From: Antedon mediterranea
Taxonomy: Eukaryota > Animalia > Echinodermata
Assembly (NCBI RefSeq): GCF_964355755.1
Contig: NC_092679.1
Location: 6,106,201-6,170,200 of the forward strand
DNA: 64,000 nucleotides
Reading direction: 5' to 3'
Both the position numbers and the translations under genes were made by a program. Below the pieces are notes generated by a model. The model saw nothing but the letters and a program-made list of their open reading frames with translations, did not search any database and was not told the DNA's origin. Numbering within the stretch: position 1 is the stretch's first letter; each line of letters opens with the position of its first letter. Shown in pieces: positions 39,820-49,602 of the stretch.

Positions 39820-40083
39820 CAACTTTGAAATTTACCCACTGGCAAAAATGGAAACAAATGGAAGTTGGAGATCCAAATCGGCTAACTTGCTCCGTCCGAG
39901 GCGCTACAGATATCCAAATATTGTGGCAAAGAGAGGGTGGAAATTTACCAGAAAATGTGCGACAGGATATGAATACTCTGTTTTTTGATAACCCAAAACA
40001 ATCTGACTCTGGAAATTACAAATGTACTGCAATGAGCATGTTAGGTGAAATCATTAACAACACAATTAACGTATCAGTTATGA
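39820..40083 (+). CDS. PTK7: PTK7 exon (Ig6)
   Basis: ttgcAG ... A/GTAAGT, phase 1/1; LKFT...LTCSVRG...ILWQRE...DSGNYKC. Confidence 0.92.
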
Positions 40084-40451
40084 GTAAGTTTTTCCGGAAT
40101 AATTATTATTATTATTATTAATACAATTTTAAATAATGTACTACAGAAGACTCTTTTGATAGATTATTGATATTAGGGACGAAAGTGTCCCCTTAAGATA
40201 GAGTTCTGCGGTGCTGACGTCATGACAATATTGGCCCTCATCTGTTTTCAAGGAAATTGTTAACCTTAATAGAGGTGTCCCAAAGGAGGTATTCTTTAAC
40301 ATGATGTTGTAATTGCATCAATTGAATCGTAGCTTATCAATGATAAGAATTCCATAATTGTTGTTCGAAATATTCTAATATTTACATAACAAACCCAATT
40401 TGAATTTGGTTTTGATACCATAATTCAATCAATCTATTTTGTTTTTTCCAG

Positions 40452-40703
40452 TTCAACCTAAATTTTCAATATTACCTGGCAACATAACTGGCTACTTAGG
40501 TCGTAAGTTAATAGTTCACTGCCAAGCATCTGGTGATCCAGAACCAAAAATAACGTGGCTAGATATTCCTAAAGACGCAATGACGTATCCAAACGGCACA
40601 GTAATATTTCCCCGCATTAGTCAGAGTGATGAAGGAGTGTACCAATGCGTTGCTGGTAGTAGGGCAGGGTTAAACACAACTTTTTTAAATATATCCGTAT
40701 CAA
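40452..40703 (+). CDS. PTK7: PTK7 exon (Ig7)
   Basis: ttccAG ... A/GTGAGT, phase 1/1; VHCQASGDPEPKITW...NGTVIF...DEGVYQCVAG. Confidence 0.93.
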
Positions 40704-40905
40704 GTGAGTTTTCATTTTTTAAATGTTAAGGTATTTTAAGATTATCGTAATAGACCTGCACCAATTTTACTTTGGGACCTAAGTTTTTGGTTCCTAATTA
40801 GAATTAATAATTTTACCATAAATGGAAGTCTGCATTTAAGGACAATGTCATTCTGTATCAGATTTCAAGTTTATTTCCTAACTGTAATTTCTTAATTGTT
40901 AAAAG

Positions 40906-41447
40906 GAACACCGCCACCAGTTGAAGGACTGATGACTCGAACCATTGCAATTGCTGTCGGCTGCGCAGTGGGTTACATCTTCCTCGTTGTTGGACTCATG
41001 TGTTACTGCCGTCATCGTCGACTAAAGATGAGCAAGGAAGATGAGGACAAAGAAAAAACAAATGGCATGCTGCCAAACCATGAACCGAAAGAGTCAAATG
41101 GTCAGGTTGTGAAAGATGGTGCCATGGTGATGAATCCTGTCTACCCAGGCAGGCGTGCAAGTTACGATAATCTCCTCTTTCCAAAACATGACCTGCAGAA
41201 GCTGTCTGTATTAGGAAAAGGAAAGTTCGGCGAAGTTTTTCTTGCTAGAGCCGTTGGCATCAAAGATGGAGAAGAAGTAACCACTGTTATCGTAAAATCA
41301 CTGACTGAGAAAGAGGAGAGCATTCAACTAGCATTTAGGAAGGAGCTTGATATGTTGAGTAAAGTTGACCATGACAATATTGTCAAGCTTCTAGGCATGT
41401 GTAGAGAAGGAGATATACAATTTATGATTACTGAATACTTAGATTGG
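40906..41447 (+). CDS. PTK7: PTK7 exon (transmembrane helix, juxtamembrane region, kinase N-lobe)
   Basis: aaAG ... TGG/GTAAGT, phase 1/0; TIAIAVGCAVGYIFLVVGLMCYC; LGKGKFGEVFLA, VIVKSL, FRKELDML. Confidence 0.95.
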
Positions 41448-41741
41448 GTAAGTTGCAAAGTTTTTCAAATTTGAGAAATTCTAATACTGTTGAAGTTTCT
41501 ATAAAAGTTAACACTTGGTTTAGAAGGTTTCGGTTTTATCCTCACACTGTAATGTCCTTTTGTTCAGATGACTACACAACTAGTAAGACTTATTATATGT
41601 TTCTGAGTGTGCCAGAATTACTTATCCGCATGATAGCTGCGTAATCTTGTGGCGTATCATGAAAAAGAAGTCGCTATTATTTATTGGTTGGTGTTCTGAA
41701 TTTTAGAAATGTAATTTTTTTTAAACATTTTGTCTGTTTAG

Positions 41742-42317
41742 GGAGATCTAAAGAACTATCTGATAGCAACTAAAGGAAAGAACGGTCACACAAACTCACC
41801 ACCACAACTGACCCTTACTCAGAAAATCGATGTCATCAACCAAATTGCCCAGGGAATGGAACATCTTGCCAATAATAGGTTCACTCATGGAGATCTCGCC
41901 GCTCACAACTGCCTTTTAAGTCCTTCCATGGAGATCAAGATCACAACCATCTCTGTATCTGAAGACCTTTTCCGCAGTGATTACCATGAGTACAACCAGC
42001 AGCTACTGCCAATCAGATGGATGGCACCAGAGGCCATTTATGAGAATCATTTCTCACCAAAGAGTGATGTATGGTCATTTGGTGTGGTCATTTGGGAGGT
42101 CTTTTCGGCTGGTGAATTGCCATATAAGGAAAAGGACAATGAAAGTGTTCTAAAGGCAATAGTTGATGGAGATTTAATGCTGGAGACTCCTCAAGGAACA
42201 CCAGAAGAGGTGGAAATCTTGATGCACAGATGTTGGTCAAATTCACCAGCTGATCGACCATCATTTGGTGAGATCGTTTCAACGATTGGAGAGTTGCCAA
42301 CAGATAGTCAAATTTAG
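41742..42317 (+). CDS. PTK7: PTK7 last coding exon (pseudokinase C-lobe, stop TAG)
   Basis: tttAG, phase 0; GDLKNYL, GMEHLANNRFTHGDLAAHNCL, no DFG (KITTISVSED), PIRWMAPE, SDVWSFGV, RCWSNSPADRPSF; closely parallels vertebrate PTK7 (GMEHLSNNRFVHKDLAARNCL). Confidence 0.96.
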   Translation, partial: GDLKNYLIATKGKNGHTNSPPQLTLTQKIDVINQIAQGMEHLANNRFTHGDLAAHNCLLSPSMEIKITTISVSEDLFRSDYHEYNQQLLPIRWMAPEAIYENHFSPKSDVWSFGVVIWEVFSAGELPYKEKDNESVLKAIVDGDLMLETPQGTPEEVEILMHRCWSNSPADRPSFGEIVSTIGELPTDSQI

Positions 42318-44621
42318 AGGAGAAAAGAGAAACTTGCTAGCCAAGTTTAGAAATATTACTAGCTAGCCATTAGTTATGTTATGAGTTCTAAAACAAGCTT
42401 AGACTATTATCTGTGAATAGTCTGCTATGTATAGGCCTCTCAAAATAATATGGTAATTTGACCAATCAGAATGCAATGAGCCATCCAAACATTGGATTGG
42501 TCAACTCACTTGCCTATGTTGTTGTATTGCGTCTAAATGGGACAAAGCTTAAAACAATTCCAAAGATTACAGGAATGAATACCTGATTGGTTGATCTACC
42601 AAGTATAGATAAAGACCTCAAATTAAACTGACAGTTACACCTATATTTCCTCTATATTCTCTATGCTATACAATTTAATTCAAAAATAGTTTCTTAAAAT
42701 AAAGCTTCTTAATTTGATTCTGTTTTTATGTCCAAACAGAACCATGTTTTGACTCTTACCTTGAATTAAGTTAACTGAGCAATTTGATTGACCATGTCAG
42801 TAATTTGAGGTTATAAAATACACAAATATTGTAGATAACTTGTGGGATGGGAGTTTGTTTCTTTGGTTTCTTGTAACTAAGAACTAGCATAGATGAATTG
42901 TACTAGGAAAATACTAGGGAAGATTGAAATTCCTGGATCTGGATAAACAGTTGTCTAATGTATTTGGCGCCCTCTATATTTGTAGTTGATAGACATTTAT
43001 AACTTCCAAATAAATATTTGATTGAACTGTGATTTGAAATCGCAATAAATTTTTTTTAAAGAAAACATTTTATGGTATTTATTATAATTCATTTTTATTC
43101 AAAATTTTTCCGTCATAAAAAAATGTGCAAAATGGTTACTTTGGTTTTTAAACTCCTGCTTAGACCACCGATCAAAAACCAAAGGAATTGTTAAAAAGCA
43201 CCAAGTATGGTGTGCCAAGTATGGTGTGCCAAGTATGGTGCGACAATTATCGTCTATGGACCAAAGTAGAAATTTTACTTATAATGCTAGATTATTTTTC
43301 CACCTAGATGTTTTTTAAAGTCAATTTTAAGAATGAAGGCCTGATATCGTCTTAGCTGATTCAAATCCCACCATCAGATTGTTTTTATTTATTTTTGTAA
43401 TCGAATTTAACTGTTTGTATCGATTGATATGAGTTTTTAAATAATAAGTGTTAACTTGTGCAACTTAGAAAATAAGAATAATAGAATTGTGTTTAAGTGC
43501 AACATAGGTGTGATATGGTTGATGAAATTGAGTTGCTTTGTCTCTAATTTTCACAATTACAAGCTTGCTAACATTAATCTCACAAGTGAAGCATGTAATT
43601 GCTGTGTAAAAGACTCGTTAGAAAGATATGTATGTATGCGTAGACACGATACAGCCTGGTGTGTGACATCTAAGTTACATCAACATCATCTTTACAGGTC
43701 TTTCTGAAGCCTGTCAATTTACCAACTTGATTTTCCATCGATGTAACACGGACAATTTGTTACATTTTTAACTACACTATCAAACTTTATATGGCAAAAA
43801 ATGTGATGTGCCCATATATGGAGATGATGATTTCATATCAGTACAGTACCATATTTGAACATATCTCTACCATATTTGGGTACATCACAATTTTTTTTTT
43901 CAAACTAGTTTGATAGTGAGACAGAGCTTTAAATTATTGTATGTGTGAATTTGATATAACTTTAAAATATCACTACTTAGGGTTGCTAGGAGTAACCTGC
44001 AATGCATTCTGGGATACTGGTGATAAGCTTCTTTCCACCAATGAGCTGCTTGGGATGATTAAATGTTCTTATATAAGCGACTTTGATAACTCCAAAGCGC
44101 CCCATATTTACAAGGTCAATCAGATGGAAATTTTTGTCCTGATTGATCTTGTAAAAAATATGGCGCCCTCTGGAGTTATCGAAGCCGCTTATTGAAGACA
44201 ATGTGTTGCCATTGGAAACACAATGTGGTGATTATGCTTGTTTTACACTGAATGAGCGTGTTACTTAACTATACCATTATATCCGCCTTTCTTTTAAATA
44301 TAGTATTAGAAATGTGAATTTTAGCTAAAAAAATGTTAACTTAATTTATTTACAGTTTTAAACATTGTATTATAAAATGCAGTCCTTGTTAGACATTTTT
44401 AACATTATCATTTGTAATTTAAATAAGCATGTATGTAAATCCGCTTTAAAATCTAATATTTTTAATATAATTTTGACAATAAGTTATTTCAAAATAATGT
44501 GATGTCATATTGAATAATTTGATAAACTATTTGTTTATCAGCAAAATAACTTGAATATTGAAAGAAGTAAAATTCTTATCTCAAAAGCTAATATTTTAAG
44601 TCTCTGTTAGTTTCTATAATA

Positions 44622-44791
44622 GTACACAACATAGCATGTTTGTGTCTTAATTTAGTAATGGGTAGAGGATGTTTAATTGAGTAAATGGCAATGGGTGGGC
44701 TGTTTTGTACACAACATAGCATGTTTGTGTCTTAATTTAGTAATGGGTAGAGGATGTTTAATTGAGTAAATGGCAATGGGTGGGCTGTTTT
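44622..44791. repeat. Perfect 85-bp tandem duplication
   Basis: GTACACAACATAGC...GGGCTGTTTT at 44622 and 44707. Confidence 0.9.
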
Positions 44792-46515
44792 GTTTTGTAA
44801 ACAATTTAAACTGATATTGGATTTGATGTAAATATGTATTTACTTCATTTTTTGGATGTTTACTTAAATTACTGCAGTAGTACACCATATACTGTATGTA
44901 GTCTCGTATTATTCAATTACTGCAGTAATAATGATCTTAAGTATGCGAAAATGAATGATATTTTGTGCTTTTATTTTTTAATGTACATAGTAGTAGTAGT
45001 AGTTTTAAAAAGTGTTTTTATAAATAAATATTTTGTGTTTCTGTATTTCTAATGTGTGGATAGCTATAAAGTGTTCATAATCTGTAAATATACTTGATAA
45101 GTAAAAAGTAGGACTCCATTTAAATTCAAGTAAGGTGATGTCATGTTATGTGATCCTAAAAGGTAATAAAAAATGACTCAAATTTGAGGCTAATTTACAA
45201 AATGCATGGTGAACATCCCTCAATGTATAACATCCAAAATATATCTGCTTGTAATAATGTGATTTTGGTCTTAACATTCATTAGCACATGTTTTACCTGA
45301 CTATCTGATGATGTGAACTACTTAGAATTTTGACAAATGACAAACAAACATTTGATTTTGAGTAATATGGGGATTTAGATTGAACAAATCAACTTTATTC
45401 TGATAGAAATGAACCATTAAAATAATGGGGGTATGTGATGCACACAGTTGAATAGCCTAAAACTCTATCTACACTATCAAACTTTATGTGACAAAAACAT
45501 GTGACATGGCCATATTATATGGACACATCACACTTTTTTGTCAAACTACTTTGATAGTGTGGACAGAGCTTAATAATGAGGATTTAGAACAAAAAATCTA
45601 GTTGATCAACAATGTAGTTCAATCCATTAAAATGATGGGGATTTTATTCACAGTTTTTTTTTTTTGGAATAGGCCAAACGTTTTCATAATTTTTCTTTGA
45701 TATGTAGCCATAGCTTCATCATCTGTAATGCTGCTGCTGCTACTGTATTCATACTAAACAACTTTCAGTAATAAAACACAATGTTGACATGTGAAATGTG
45801 ATTCTATTATTTGTTTTTCTTGAGTTGTATTAATAAAATTATTTAGATTGTGATTTATTATAGTGTTCCAACAACGAACATTTCATCTGGCTGTAGTGTA
45901 GGCGCGCCTATTCATTGTATAATTTGACAATAAAACGTATGTGTTTGCTGCCCTCATTTGTAAGTAACCAATAATCCAAACAAAACCAATACTGTATTCT
46001 CAGTTCTCTTGGCTAAATGTTGTCTTAAGTATGTATTTGTATTTCGTCATCAGATTCACGGTGCGAATATTTTGTGCTAGTATGACAGTACAGCGCAAAT
46101 AATTCGTACTAATATCACGGTCACCGTGCGAATAACCTCTTGGTCTATTTTGTTTTAAATCGAAAAGTTTATGTTTTTTTTATCATTTAATTTAACTGAT
46201 CAAGTGACGTTATTGTTTATTTTGTTTTCAAATGTGAAAGATAGACGTTAAAAAGAGGAAATGGTCACTGCTATCAAATTATCAATTTTAGAAAGTCGCT
46301 TAATTGTCATATCATGACAAGAACATAAAGTGGTAAAGAAAAAAGAAGTACCATTAGTGCGTCATTACCGTTAAACGTTCAAGTGGGTTGAATTGATATG
46401 TGTGCCCATTCTATCATTTGAATTTATACCGTAAACTAGAAAGTTTAACTTTCAAAGGTAAGTCGGTATTGTTTCTTACAACTAAAGATAATCAACAATA
46501 CACATAGGCCCTATA

Positions 46516-46870
46516 TAATAATAATAATAATTATAATAATACTAATAATAATAATAATTTAGGTATTTGTATAGCGCCAGAATCAACTAAACCGAAGTAA
46601 AAATCAAAGGTGCTTATATTGGATGTTAAAAAGATGCGTTTTAAGTTCTTTTTTAAAAATAGCAATAGAAGTTGATTTAGTAAAATGACCGTCGAGGGAG
46701 AGAATTCCAAAGAGAAGCAGCAGAGAACATAAAAGACCTTTGTCCATAAGATTTGGTGTTAATTCTAGGAACAAGTACTGTAGTAGGTTTTGATCAGCCG
46801 AAGTTGGGAAGAAGATCAAGGAGTTAAGAAGTAGCGCTTTAAATAGTTTCTTTTTCGAGGTGAGTAACAT
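46516..46870 (-). mobile_element. 3' relic of an L2-type LINE with a (TTA)n tail
   Basis: Frameshifted C-terminus LLVPR..TKSYGQRSF..AASLWNSLP...FKKELKTHLF; (AAT)n tract at 46516-46560. Confidence 0.8.
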
Positions 46871-47423
46871 TTACAAATCGCATCGGCGATATCAATTCAT
46901 TTACAGTCCCAAATCATAACTGGGATTTAAGTTTTTTGCAACGACTTGGATGCTAACGCCTATATAAGTGGCCTACCGCGAGATTTTCAGATAGGGTAAA
47001 AACATCGTTTAAACTCCCACCATCTACTATTATCTATTTAAAGATAATTTATTGTCTCCCTGAAAAAAATAACACATTTTGACCAAAAATTGTATCGAAA
47101 AAATATGTTTAAACCATAATTTAAATGAAAAAGTATATATGAATATTGTCAATGAGTATGGTACAATGTAACATTTATTTATTTTCTTTTGCGCCGAAAG
47201 TGGTTAAACTTCATTAAAACCACAAACAAATTGTCTATTTTCAAATGTATTATTCATCTTCATTTGCGGGGGTGGGGGTGGTGGGACCAAGCTTAAGTAA
47301 ATTCTTTGTAGGCCTAGTGCTTGAAATTTTGATGAATGTATGCATAAGTCTATTTAGTTTTATGTTATGTTATGTTTTATCCGTTATTTTTGTGCCCAAG
47401 TCTCGCTCAGCTTGCAGGCCTAA

Positions 47424-48799
47424 AGCCTGGTTCCCACTAGAACGTAACGCAAGGACGTAAATGCAACGCAAGCGTTTTAACCAATGACAAGCGAAGTTAT
47501 AGACAGTAAAGCGTGGTTCCCACTAGCGACGCAACACAAGGACGTAACGCAACGCAAGTGTACTGACCAATCACAAGCGATGGCTTATTCGCTTGTGATT
47601 GCTAACTGTTTATAACTTCGCTTGTCATTGGTTAAAACGCTTGCGTTGCGTTTACGTCCTTGCGTTACGTTCTAGTGGGAACCAAGCTTTATCAATCACA
47701 AGCGAATAAGCCATCGCTTGTGATTGGTCAATTCACTTGCGTTGCGTTACGTCCTTGTGTTGCGTCGCTAGAAAACGTGGTTCCCACTAGAACGCAACAC
47801 AGCGACCTATTAACGCAAAGTGATGTATTGCGTAATCACAAGTGAGAACCGATGCAACAGTGCTGCAAAAATCTATTATTGGAAGGGTATTTGCTTAACC
47901 GTGGTTCCCACTTGCGACGTAAAGCCTGGTTTCCATTAAAATCGCTACAGCGTTTCCATTAAAATCGCTACACGCGCAGATGTCGCCGACGCAATCGGGA
48001 AGGCTCCCCGATTCATCGCAGTCAAATCGGCAAAGTTCAACCATGTTCAACTTTGCCGATTTTGTCGGCGATGAATCGTAATACGCGTACCAAAGAATAT
48101 TTAAGCGTGGTTCCCACTAGCGACGCAACGCAAAGACGTAACGCAACGCAAGTGAATTGACCAATCACAAGCGATGGCTTATTCGCTTGTGATTGCTAAC
48201 TGTCTATAACATCTCTTGTCATTGGTTAAAACGCTTGCGTTGCGTTTACGTCCTTGCGTTACGTTCTAGTGGGAACCAAGCTTTAGCACTCGCGTACTAG
48301 ATCCCCGATAAATTCTAGCGTTTCCATAGAATCGCTACGCTCTGTCGTGTAAGCGTGGTTCCCACTAGCGACGCAACGCAAGGACGTAACGCAACGCAAG
48401 TGAATTTACCAATCACAAGCGATGGCTTATTTGGGTTTGATTGCCAACTGTCTATATCTTCGCTTGTCATTGGTTAAAACGCTTGCGTTGCGTTTACGTC
48501 CTTGCGTTACGTTCTAGTGGGAACCAAGCTGTAGCGATTTTATGGAAACCAGGCTTAACGTAACGCAATCGACGCAACGTAAGAAAATGCCCTTCCAATA
48601 ATTGTGTTTGCCTCCGCCTGCGTGAAATCAAACCTGTGATTTTTGCAGCACTGTTGCGTCGTCGGTTCCCACTTGTGATTACGCAATACAGCCCTCTGCG
48701 TTGATACGTCACTGCGTTACGTTGCGTTGCGTTCTAGTGGGAACCACGCTTTATGTTGCGTAGGTTGCGTTACGTTGCGTCGCAAGTGGGAACCAAGCT
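47424..48799. mobile_element. Nested cluster of seven Harbinger-type MITEs from families H1, H2 and H3
   Basis: H1 47424-47771 containing H1 47510-47688; H2 47774-48799 > H2 47898-48750 > H3 47923-48555 > H1 48104-48282 and 48352-48530; 3-bp TSDs visible. Confidence 0.88.
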
Positions 48800-48837
48800 T
48801 TAGTTCACGTTTGGAAACAATGACATGTCAATTTTAA

Positions 48838-49184
48838 AGATAATATTGTCCCCCTAAAAAAATTTTTTTAAATTTTTTTGTTGAATATGTTATTTTAATG
48901 TCACATAATAGTTATTCACTCTCACAAAAAATTGGGTCTGAAAAAAATGTATTTACGTACCTGAGAAAAATGTAATTTAAAGCAAAAAATGGTCAAATTG
49001 TCTGGAAGACAATGAGTTTTTGGGTACTTTAACTGTTTATTTTGTCTTTTTATAGGTGAAATAATTTTTTTCCCCGTTTTTTTTCTTATGGATGTGAACA
49101 ACTTCATTAAAACTGCAAAATGGCCTATTCAAAGTCCGATTTTAAAAATCTTTATTTTTCATGATTTTGGGGGACAATACATCT
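48838..49184. mobile_element. Kolobok-like MITE family K1 (~350 bp); other copies at ~16520-16860, ~33426-33745, ~47042-47270, 50914-51207, 52703-53047 and ~56680-57015
   Basis: TTAA-AGATAATATTGTCCCCC ... GGGGGACAATACATCT-TTAA; colinear interiors between copies. Confidence 0.75.
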
Positions 49185-49215
49185 TTAACAAATTAATCTA
49201 TCACGTGAAAGAGTA

Positions 49216-49602
49216 AGCTTGGTTCCCACTAGCGACGCAAAGTAACGCAATCTTCGCAACGTAAAGCGTGGTTCCCACTAGAACGCAACGCAACGACGTA
49301 TCTACGCAAAGTGCTGTATTGCGTAATCACAATTGGTAACCAACGACGCAATAGTGCTGCAAACATCGTAGGTTTGATTTCACGCAGGCGGGGACAAACG
49401 AAATGATTGGAAGGGCATTTTCTTACGTTGCGTAGATTGCGTTACGTTGCGTCACTAGTGAGAACCAAGCTTAAGAAAATGCCCTTGAAATCAAACCTGC
49501 GATGTTTGCAGCATTGTTGCGTCGTCGTATCCCTCTTGGGATTACGCAATACAGCACTTTGCGTCAATACGTCGTTGCGTTGCGTTCAAGTGGGAACACG
49601 CT
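49216..49602. mobile_element. H2 MITE (GTA TSD) containing an antiparallel H2 MITE at 49265-49471 (TAA TSD)
   Basis: TIRs and TSDs directly readable. Confidence 0.88.

Noticed and set aside
41856-42317. Active receptor tyrosine kinase (FGFR/Ror/Trk-like) call
   Set aside because: DFG is absent, and the Ig-TM-kinase layout and sequence match the PTK7 pseudokinase
42960-44176. CTCF-like TGGCGCCCTCT motifs at ~42965 and ~44161
   Set aside because: Short matches that are also common in repeats; unsupported without ChIP data
42318-45050. PTK7 3' UTR end / poly(A) site
   Set aside because: Several AATAAA candidates in AT-rich DNA; the site cannot be chosen from sequence alone
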